Shown: positions 44,780-52,234 of the stretch, piece after piece
Layout of the letters: each line of letters opens with the position of its first letter
Numbering within the stretch: position 1 is the stretch's first letter
DNA from: an uncultured Bacillota bacterium
Lineage (GTDB): Bacteria; Bacillota; Clostridia; Christensenellales; UBA1242
Assembly: GCA_900544595.1 (NCBI GenBank)
Contig: UQVQ01000003.1
Location: 10,042 to 74,041 of the forward strand
DNA length: 64,000 bases
Reading direction: 5' to 3'
Position numbers and translations under genes: made by a program
The notes under the pieces: model-generated
The model's input: only the letters and a program-made list of their open reading frames with translations
Database searches by the model: none
Told to the model about the DNA's origin: nothing

Positions 44780-47242
44780 TTATTGATTTTGTTCCAAAGA
44801 AGTTGATTTTTCGTTTTTGAAAGTTAATCTATTGTTCTCGAAATCAATAATTATTGTCCCTTGTTTTTCAAGTTCGCCAAGAAGAATTTTCTCTGCAATT
44901 GCATCTTCAATGTGTTGTTGAATAAATCTTCGAAGCGATCTTGCGCCATATTCTGCGTCTGCGCCTTGCGAAACAATGTATGACAAAGCACGCTCGGTAA
45001 GTTTAAGTTCAATCCCCTGCTTTTGAAGACGTTTGTTGATGTTTTTCATAAGGATTTTTGCAATCTTCGTGAAATCGTCGAGAGTTAAAGAATGGAACAC
45101 GCAAGTTACATCAATTCTGTTTAAGAATTCTGGCTTGAACTTCTTTCTTAATGCGTCAATATAAATATGTTTAATTTCATCAAATGTTTCATCTTCGCCT
45201 TCGCCTGTTTCAAATCCAAGCCTTTTTTGGCGCTGAACTTCTTGAGCTCCAATATTGCTTGTTAAAATTATGATTGTGTTTCGGAAGTTAACTGTTCTTC
45301 CTTGCGAATCGGTTAATCGTCCGTCGTCCAAAATTTGCAAAAGCGCATTGAAAATGTCTGGGTGTGCTTTTTCAATTTCATCGAAAAGAACAACGCAATA
45401 TGGTTTTCTTCTAACCGCTTCGGTAAGTTGCCCGCCGTCGTCAAACCCAACATATCCCGGAGGCGCGCCAATAAGTTTTGCAACCGAATGTGGCTCCATA
45501 TATTCGCTCATGTCCAAACGAACAATATTGTTTTCGTTGTCGAACATTGCTTCGGCAATTGCCTTTGAAAGTTCTGTTTTTCCAACGCCAGTTGGGCCCA
45601 TGAAAAGGAACGAGCCAATTGGGCGTTTTGCATCTTGAAGTCCAACACGACTTCTTCGAATTGCTTTTGCAACCGCTTCAACTGCTTCGTCTTGACCAAC
45701 AACGCGTTTATGAAGAATTTTTTCAAGGTTGATAAGTTTTTCTTTTTCTGTTTCCGTTATTTTATTAACCGGAATTCCCGTCCACCTTGCAACAACATCG
45801 GCAACTTCGTTTGCTCCAATTGAGTTAACTTTTTTGTCTGAACGATTGAGCGATGCATTAAGTTTTTCAAGAGAATCTTCAAGTTTAACAATTTCCGATT
45901 GAATTTTCGCCGCTTTTTCATAGTTTCTTTCCAAACTTGCCTCATCGCGCGATGCTTGAAGTTGTTTAAGTTTTTCTTCTTTTTCGCGAACTTCGGTTGG
46001 TTTAAGAGAAAAATTAACTTTTGCTTTTGAAGCAGCCTCGTCGATTAAGTCAATTGCCTTGTCTGGCAAACTTCTGTCCATAATATATCTATCAGAAAGA
46101 GTTGCCGCAGCTTCAATTGCTTCGTCGGTTATCTTAACTTTGTGGAACGCTTCGTAACTGTCGCGCAAACCTTTCAAAATTTCAATTGTTTGTTCAACTG
46201 TTGGAGGTTCAACAAGAATTGGTTGGAATCTTCTTTCAAGCGCTTTATCTTTTTCGATGAATTTTCTATACTCATCGGTTGTTGTTGCGCCAATTGTTTG
46301 AAGTTCTCCTCTTGAAAGATATGGCTTTAACATATCCGAAGGGCTTGTTTCGCCTTTTTCGGCGCCCGCTTGCGCAAGAGTGTGAATTTCGTCGATGAAA
46401 ACAATAATGTTTTTGTTTGCAATGATTGTTTCAATTGCATCTTTAAGTTTTTCTTCCATCGCCCCGCGATATTTCGTTCCCGCCATTAAACTTCCAATTT
46501 CAAGCGAGAAAATTTCTTTGTTTTTAAGCAAATCTGGAACTTCGCCGCGAACAATTGCAAGGGCAAGCCCTTCAACAACCGCCGTTTTCCCAACGCCCGC
46601 TTCTCCAATTAAAACTGGATTGTTTTTTGTTTTTCGGCAAAGAATTTCAATAACACGCTCAATTTCTTTTTCTCTCCCAATAATTGGATCAATTTTGCCT
46701 TGGCGTGCTTTAAGAGTGAAATCGCTTCCAATTTCCAAAAGTTTTTCTGGCAAGTTAGATTGTTTTTGATTTTCTTGCGTTTGAATTTCTGTTTCGTCGC
46801 TTTCGCCATAACCTTTTCCTTGAAGGAACGAAACAACTTTATTTTTAAGTTCTTGAATGTTAACTTTGAAATAACTTGTTAAAAGACGCGTTGCGAAACA
46901 ATCTTGCGACGAAACAAGAGCAAGAAGCAAATGTTCCGTTCCAAGAAAATTATGATTGAGTTGAAGCGCAATTGTTTGCGCAATTTTGAAAATATCTTTA
47001 ACGGCTGGCGTTAAAACAACGCTGTCGAAAAAAGTTTCTTCCTCGTTATTTTCGCGGAAAATGTTAAGAAGTTTGGAATCTGTAACCCCAAATTCTTTCA
47101 AAATCTTTTTAGCCGTGCAATTAACTTTTGTAAGCCCGTAAAGGATGTGCTCGGTTTCAACCATTTCTCCGCCAAAACGAAGAGCAACCGCGCTTGCTTC
47201 CATAAGCGTTTTTTCCAAACTTTCGCTTGTTTCTAAGAACAT
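44780..47242 (-). CDS. clpC: ATP-dependent Clp protease ATP-binding subunit ClpC (class I AAA+, two NBDs)
   Basis: Clp-N repeats; GEAGVGKTA and GPTGVGKTE Walker A motifs; UVR-like linker ERNYEKAAKIQSEI. I chose the ATG at 47242 after AGGGAGG; the track start at 47281 is GTG. Confidence 0.88.
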   Translation of the reverse strand: MFLETSESLEKTLMEASAVALRFGGEMVETEHILYGLTKVNCTAKKILKEFGVTDSKLLNIFRENNEEETFFDSVVLTPAVKDIFKIAQTIALQLNHNFLGTEHLLLALVSSQDCFATRLLTSYFKVNIQELKNKVVSFLQGKGYGESDETEIQTQENQKQSNLPEKLLEIGSDFTLKARQGKIDPIIGREKEIERVIEILCRKTKNNPVLIGEAGVGKTAVVEGLALAIVRGEVPDLLKNKEIFSLEIGSLMAGTKYRGAMEEKLKDAIETIIANKNIIVFIDEIHTLAQAGAEKGETSPSDMLKPYLSRGELQTIGATTTDEYRKFIEKDKALERRFQPILVEPPTVEQTIEILKGLRDSYEAFHKVKITDEAIEAAATLSDRYIMDRSLPDKAIDLIDEAASKAKVNFSLKPTEVREKEEKLKQLQASRDEASLERNYEKAAKIQSEIVKLEDSLEKLNASLNRSDKKVNSIGANEVADVVARWTGIPVNKITETEKEKLINLEKILHKRVVGQDEAVEAVAKAIRRSRVGLQDAKRPIGSFLFMGPTGVGKTELSKAIAEAMFDNENNIVRLDMSEYMEPHSVAKLIGAPPGYVGFDDGGQLTEAVRRKPYCVVLFDEIEKAHPDIFNALLQILDDGRLTDSQGRTVNFRNTIIILTSNIGAQEVQRQKRLGFETGEGEDETFDEIKHIYIDALRKKFKPEFLNRIDVTCVFHSLTLDDFTKIAKILMKNINKRLQKQGIELKLTERALSYIVSQGADAEYGARSLRRFIQQHIEDAIAEKILLGELEKQGTIIIDFENNRLTFKNEKSTSLEQNQ

Positions 47243-47272
47243 TAAAATCGCCTCCCTTTTTCTTATGAGATA

Positions 47273-47301
47273 ATTATACACTCTTTTTAGAAAAACAACA
47301 A
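47273..47301 (-). promoter_or_regulatory. Candidate clpC promoter (no CtsR box seen)
   Basis: On the minus strand: TTGTTG, 17 nt, TATAAT. Confidence 0.45.
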
Positions 47302-47369
47302 AAATTTATTAAAAAATTTTTAAGAATGTCATTTTTAAAATTATCAGCAAATAACAGATTTTTCTAGTA

Positions 47370-47398
47370 ATAAAAATGCCACCAAAAATTCGGTGGCA
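47370..47398 (-). terminator. Terminator after the CofE-like gene
   Basis: GCCACC-GAATTTTT-GGTGGC followed by a T-run on the minus strand. Confidence 0.7.
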
Positions 47399-47436
47399 AT
47401 AATTTAATAAGTTCCAACTTTTGAAAAGTTTCCAAG

Positions 47437-48618
47437 CTAATCGGCATAATTTTTGAAATAATTTTGAACTAAAACAACAGGCGTTCCCTTGTCTCCACTT
47501 CCGCTTGTAAGGTCGCAAAGCGAGCCAATTAAATCGGTGAGTTGACGAGGAGTTGTTCCAAGAGCCGCACGGTTGTTTTCTTTCGAATCTCCTTTCTTTT
47601 CGCGAACAATCTTCTTAAACTCTTCGCTTGCTTCTTCTCCCGAAAGATTTGCAAGAAGTGTTTCTGAGATATACTTTAATTTAATTTCGTTTGGCGTTCC
47701 CAAAAGCCCGTCGGTATAGCCTGGGCTAACAACAGGATCGGCAAGTTCCCAAATTTTTCCAACAGGGTCTTTAAAAGCGCCGTCGCCATAAACTAAACAT
47801 TCAACAGTTTTCCCTGTTAATTCCTTAAATCGCGCTTGAAGGTCATAGGCAAATTTTCGAGTTTCACGAGGGAAAAGTTTAACGGTTGTGTCGGTGTCGA
47901 TGTTGCTTCCAAGAATTCCATATTCTTCGTTAAATCCGCTTCCGTCAACGCTTTTTGTTAAAATTTCGTCAAGAGAAACAACTTTTTCTGCCCCACAGGC
48001 AAGAAGATGTTGTTTAGTTTGTTTGCGAGTGTGAATGTCTGCGTTTATAACAAATTTCGTGTAATCTAAAATGTCTTCCGCTTTGTTCCCAAAAATAATT
48101 TCGCAATTTTTCCCTGCTGTTTCCTTATAAAATTCAATGTAGTCAACACCCGTGAAAAGATGTTTTGTTTCGCCAAACGCTGCGCGAAATTCTTTTTCGG
48201 AAAGCGCTTTCCCAAATGGGTTTATTCCGCTTTCAAACAATTTTTCTTGCGAAATTAAAGGGTTCCCAACCTCGTCGGAAGGATAGGAAAGCATTATAAC
48301 AAGTTTATCGCATCCCATTGAAATTCCTTTAAGCAAAAGCGAAAATCTGTTTCGGCTCATAATTGGAAAAATTAAGCCAACAGTTTTTCCTTTGAAGTTT
48401 TTTTCAACATCTTTTGCAATTTGTTCAACCGTTGCAATGTTTCCTTGCGAAATTCCAACAACTGCTTCGGTAACCCCAATTATGTCGCGATCTTGAAGTT
48501 CAAGATTATTTTCTTTAAGCGCACCAAGAACGCTTGAAGTAACAATTTCAATAAGATCGTCCCCTCTTTTAATAATTGGAGTTCTAACCCCATATGAAAT
48601 TGTTCCAAATTTTCCCAT
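47437..48618 (-). CDS. F420-0:gamma-glutamyl ligase (CofE)-like family protein, long 393-aa form
   Basis: TPIIKRGDDLIEIV...DRDIIGVTEAVVGISQGN and the C-terminal DLTSGSGDKGTPVVLV resemble the CofE motifs (P.IK.GDDL, V.SKAEG, GEGGDG.P.V) as I remember them. Confidence 0.45.
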   Translation of the reverse strand: MGKFGTISYGVRTPIIKRGDDLIEIVTSSVLGALKENNLELQDRDIIGVTEAVVGISQGNIATVEQIAKDVEKNFKGKTVGLIFPIMSRNRFSLLLKGISMGCDKLVIMLSYPSDEVGNPLISQEKLFESGINPFGKALSEKEFRAAFGETKHLFTGVDYIEFYKETAGKNCEIIFGNKAEDILDYTKFVINADIHTRKQTKQHLLACGAEKVVSLDEILTKSVDGSGFNEEYGILGSNIDTDTTVKLFPRETRKFAYDLQARFKELTGKTVECLVYGDGAFKDPVGKIWELADPVVSPGYTDGLLGTPNEIKLKYISETLLANLSGEEASEEFKKIVREKKGDSKENNRAALGTTPRQLTDLIGSLCDLTSGSGDKGTPVVLVQNYFKNYAD

Positions 48619-48641
48619 AGTCTTCCCCTTTTACAAGAAAA

Positions 48642-48670
48642 AGATTACACTTTTTCTTTAAGCCTGTCAA
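48642..48670 (-). promoter_or_regulatory. Candidate promoter of the CofE-like gene
   Basis: On the minus strand: TTGACA, 17 nt, TAATCT. Confidence 0.45.
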
Positions 48671-48671
48671 A

Positions 48672-50018
48672 CTATTCTTTAAACTTACTGAATATTGAAA
48701 TTGAAAACCCAAGCGACATAACTGTTCCAAGCAAAACCAAAAGCCCAAGGCCGTTTTGAACCGAAAGCGGTTGGACTGGCGAACTTGACGAAAAATGAAT
48801 TAAATCCAAAACAACACCAATAATTGCGAGCGCAAATGCATTACTAACCTTTGATGCAAGCGTCATAATTCCCGAATAGACCCCAACTTTGTTTGAGCTT
48901 TGAACCTCGAAATCTTTTGCCATAACATCGCCAAAAAGAGAAATTGGAAAGGAAAACAAAACTCCTGTTCCAAGCCCAACCGAGAAAATTAAAGGGGAAA
49001 CAATCCAAAACAAAGTTGCTGTTGAAAAGAAATCACGCAAAATAAAAATTGCCCAAACAACAAGAATTGCAATAATTCCAAGCGAAAGCCCGCGAATTAA
49101 AGTTTTCTTCTTCCCAATTCCTTTTGAAATTTTGCTCCATATAAATTGGGAAACAACCGCCGAAACAATGAACGCGGCAAGAAGAACGGAAATTTGCTGC
49201 GAGTTAAAATGGAAACAATATGTGAACATATGCATTCCGGCGGCGGTTAAAATTGACGAGGCAAGAAGGCTTATTGCATATCCCAAAATTAAAATTCGAT
49301 ATTGCTTTTTTTTCAAAATTCCAAATATATCTGTGAAAAGAGATTTGAAAAGTCCCTTTTGTTTTTTTGTTTTTTCTTTTGGACAACAAACCTGCCTTTT
49401 AAGCGTTCCAAAAATTGTTATAAGCCCAAAAATAAGGCAAAGGATTGACGAAGCATAGGCAATGTTAATATATCCTTGCGTTTCAAGTTGCCCTTGACTC
49501 GACGCAGATGAAGGCATAAAAATAAACATAAAAACTGTTGGAAGCATCATTCCAATAAGCGAAAAAACTGTTCGATAGCATTGAATTGAAGTTTGCTCAT
49601 TTGGGTCGTTTGTCATTTCAAGCCCCAACGCCATATGAGGAGTTCCAAAAAAAGTTGAAAACGTTTGAAGAGCCAAAAGAGAAAGCAAAATCCAAATAAA
49701 TTTAACCCAAGTTGGCGCTTCATTTGGAACAAGCCAAATTGCTAGGTTAATTGCGCAAAGCCCCAAAACTCCAATAATCATAAACGGGTGTCGTTTGCCA
49801 AGAGGCGAAGAAAGGTTGTCGGAATAATATCCAATTATAGGATCGGAAATTGCATCCCAAAACACTCCAAGAGAAACAGCAAGCCCCATAAGCGCGCCCG
49901 AAATTCCAAGCACACTTGTCCCAAAAAACATAATAAAATTTGAAAGAGTTGAGGTTATTGTTGAATATCCTAAATCGCCAACCCCATAATAAAACTTTTC
50001 CCGCGCGGAAATTCTCAT
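48672..50018 (-). CDS. MFS transporter, glycoside-pentoside-hexuronide (GPH) cation symporter family
   Basis: YGVGDLGYS...WDAISDPIIGYYSDN (GPH signature region), about 12 TM helices. Confidence 0.75.
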   Translation of the reverse strand: MRISAREKFYYGVGDLGYSTITSTLSNFIMFFGTSVLGISGALMGLAVSLGVFWDAISDPIIGYYSDNLSSPLGKRHPFMIIGVLGLCAINLAIWLVPNEAPTWVKFIWILLSLLALQTFSTFFGTPHMALGLEMTNDPNEQTSIQCYRTVFSLIGMMLPTVFMFIFMPSSASSQGQLETQGYINIAYASSILCLIFGLITIFGTLKRQVCCPKEKTKKQKGLFKSLFTDIFGILKKKQYRILILGYAISLLASSILTAAGMHMFTYCFHFNSQQISVLLAAFIVSAVVSQFIWSKISKGIGKKKTLIRGLSLGIIAILVVWAIFILRDFFSTATLFWIVSPLIFSVGLGTGVLFSFPISLFGDVMAKDFEVQSSNKVGVYSGIMTLASKVSNAFALAIIGVVLDLIHFSSSSPVQPLSVQNGLGLLVLLGTVMSLGFSISIFSKFKE

Positions 50019-50036
50019 ATTAAAGAATATGTCTTT

Positions 50037-50204
50037 AAAAAAATAATAATTCCTTCAATAAATATTAAAAAATATTAAAAAAATTAAAATTATTAAAATA
50101 TTTATTAAAATATTTATTAAAATTTAGAAAAAAATATTTAAAAATATTTAAAAAATGTTTTTTATTTATTTTTTTATTTTATTTTAAAATAAAAAAACTT
50201 TTCA
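50037..50204. repeat. Second, about 170-bp, almost pure A/T low-complexity tract (A-rich on the plus strand) with phased A-tracts
   Basis: attaaaatattt occurs twice in tandem (a third copy is partial), and aaatatttaaaa twice in tandem. Virtually no G/C. It lies upstream of the MFS gene. Confidence 0.85.
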
Positions 50205-50240
50205 AATAAAAAAGAGAAGAAAATTCTTCTCTTAATTTTT
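50205..50240 (-). terminator. Terminator after the substrate-binding protein gene
   Basis: GAGAAGA-AAAT-TCTTCTC flanked by A-runs and T-runs. Confidence 0.7.
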
Positions 50241-50251
50241 TAAATTATTTT

Positions 50252-51253
50252 TTATTTTAAAGAATCAATAACTTTTTCTGCATATGTGTTATTAACAACA
50301 TCTTCAAAGTTAATTCTTTTTTGAAGTTCTCCCGCGTTTTGCATAACGTCTTGCAAGCGTTCGAAATCTGCTTTGTTCATAACTGGTGTGCTTTTCCACA
50401 TATCAAAGTCGATATAATTACGAACTGCGGAAACGATAATTTCGTCGGTTGTTGTTGAGAACGATGGTTTAAGCGCATCAATAATCTCTTGGTCGGTTGC
50501 CGAAATTAAATAGTTGTATGCGCGCGAAACAGCACGCAAGAACCCTTCAACTTTGCTTTGATTTTTATTTAAATAACTTTGCATTGCCATAAAACATGTG
50601 AAAGGAACTTCCCCGCTTGCTTGTCCAACTGCTGCAACAATATATCCCTTTCCTGCTGCAACATATTCGCTTGCAGTTGGTTCAAACATTGTGCAATAGT
50701 CGCCTTGTCCTGCCTCGAACGCTCCAACAACGAGGTTAAACGCAACATCAAGGTTAATGTTACATTGTTCTGGGGCTGTTCCAACAGTGTTTCCCGCTTT
50801 TTCAACAGCATATTGAAGAGACATTGATGGCGAGCCGCCGCGGCGTCCTCCAATGATTTCTTTCCCTGCAAGATTACTCCAATTAAAGTTGGTTTCGTTT
50901 GTTCTTCCAACAAGCAAAGAGCCATCGCGCTTTGTTAATTGTCCAACAATAACTGGCGCGTTTTTTGCTCCTTCGCCAACAACATAAACTGCTGTTTCTG
51001 GGCCAAGAAGAGCCATATCTGCGCTTCCGCTTAGAAGAGCTGTCATCGATTGATCGGAGCCACCCCCGTTTGTTAAATCAATTTCAATTCTCTCTTCTTC
51101 CATATAGCCAAGATTGATTGCCGCATAGAATGGTGCATAGAAAATGCTGTGGGTAACTTCGTTAACACGAATAACATTGCTCCCACCGCAGCCTGCAAAC
51201 AAAACAGAAATGCTTCCAACAATCAGCGCAAGAAAAATTGCAATTTTTTTCAT
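50252..51253 (-). CDS. ABC-transporter substrate-binding lipoprotein (NMT1/THI5-like, NitT/TauT-type)
   Basis: Lipobox LFAGC after a signal peptide, about 330 aa. RBS AAGGAGG. No permease or ATPase gene is adjacent. Confidence 0.6.
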   Translation of the reverse strand: MKKIAIFLALIVGSISVLFAGCGGSNVIRVNEVTHSIFYAPFYAAINLGYMEEERIEIDLTNGGGSDQSMTALLSGSADMALLGPETAVYVVGEGAKNAPVIVGQLTKRDGSLLVGRTNETNFNWSNLAGKEIIGGRRGGSPSMSLQYAVEKAGNTVGTAPEQCNINLDVAFNLVVGAFEAGQGDYCTMFEPTASEYVAAGKGYIVAAVGQASGEVPFTCFMAMQSYLNKNQSKVEGFLRAVSRAYNYLISATDQEIIDALKPSFSTTTDEIIVSAVRNYIDFDMWKSTPVMNKADFERLQDVMQNAGELQKRINFEDVVNNTYAEKVIDSLK

Positions 51254-51352
51254 TCTACCTCCTTAAAATTTACTAAAAGCATAATATGTTTTTTGCAAAT
51301 TTTTTGTCAAAAAAATTATATATTCTAATATGTGAACATATTTTAATATCAA

Positions 51353-52198
51353 ATGAAAACTCTTCGAATTCACCCTCTAACATTCGTTTTTTTGCTAATT
51401 TTAATTTTAACAGGTTTTGGGTCGGTTTTAATTCCATACATAATTGCAATAACGCTCCACGAACTCGCCCACGCATATGTTGCAAAAAAACTTGGCTATG
51501 GACTTAATAGAATTTGGATTCTTCCCTATGGCGCGTGTGTTTCATTTAAGAACTTTTGTTTCAGCCCTCGCGACGAAATTAAAATTGCGCTTGCCGGGCC
51601 AATCATGAATGCAATTTTGCTTGTTATAACAATAATGCTTTGGTGGATTTTCCCTTCAACCTATGTTTTTTCCTACACTTTTGCCCTTTCAAATTTTTCG
51701 CTTTTAACGTTTAATTTGCTTCCTGCTTTTCCTCTTGACGGAGGGAGAATTTTAACTTCTCTATTAAAATTTAAATTCAAAGAAAAAACAATTTATAAAG
51801 TTTCCTGCATAATCAACTTAATTTTTTCTCTAGTTTTTTTAATTTTTTTCATAATTTCTGCTTTTTTTCAAATAAATTTTTCTTTTGGTTTAATTGCAAT
51901 TTTTCTCTTTGCAGGAATTTTCGATGGAAAATTTAATGGAGAATATTCGCCAATTATCAATCAAATTGAGAAAAAGAATAAGGAAGTTTTGCAAGTTAAA
52001 AATGTTTACGTTCTTTCTTCCTCCCCTCTTTTTAAACTTCTTCGTGAAATCAACAAATTCAAATACACAATATTTTTTGTTAAGTTTAGGAACGGGAAAA
52101 TCAAAATGTTAACCGAAGACCAGTTCCAAAAGATTTTTGAAACGAACACCCCTTGGCAAAATCTTGAAAAAATTTTTTATGGGAAGAATACGGATTGA
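51353..52198 (+). CDS. M50 family site-2 metalloprotease (SpoIVFB-like)
   Basis: HELAHAYVA inside a TM segment and NLLPAFPLDGGR. Confidence 0.8.
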   Translation: MKTLRIHPLTFVFLLILILTGFGSVLIPYIIAITLHELAHAYVAKKLGYGLNRIWILPYGACVSFKNFCFSPRDEIKIALAGPIMNAILLVITIMLWWIFPSTYVFSYTFALSNFSLLTFNLLPAFPLDGGRILTSLLKFKFKEKTIYKVSCIINLIFSLVFLIFFIISAFFQINFSFGLIAIFLFAGIFDGKFNGEYSPIINQIEKKNKEVLQVKNVYVLSSSPLFKLLREINKFKYTIFFVKFRNGKIKMLTEDQFQKIFETNTPWQNLEKIFYGKNTD

Positions 52199-52199
52199 T

Positions 52200-52228
52200 T
52201 TGTTTTATTAGTAAATATTTGATATAAT
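52200..52228 (+). promoter_or_regulatory. Promoter positioned for a leaderless transcript of the DUF4132-like gene
   Basis: TTGTTT, 17 nt ending TGa, TATAAT, then 6 nt (ccttat) before the ATG at 52235. No SD. Confidence 0.55.
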
Positions 52229-52234
52229 CCTTAT

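Noticed and set aside
47309-47518. 69-aa minus-strand ORF between clpC and the CofE-like gene.
   Set aside because: It overlaps the 3' end of the CofE-like CDS and its terminator. It has no RBS and its composition is not protein-like.
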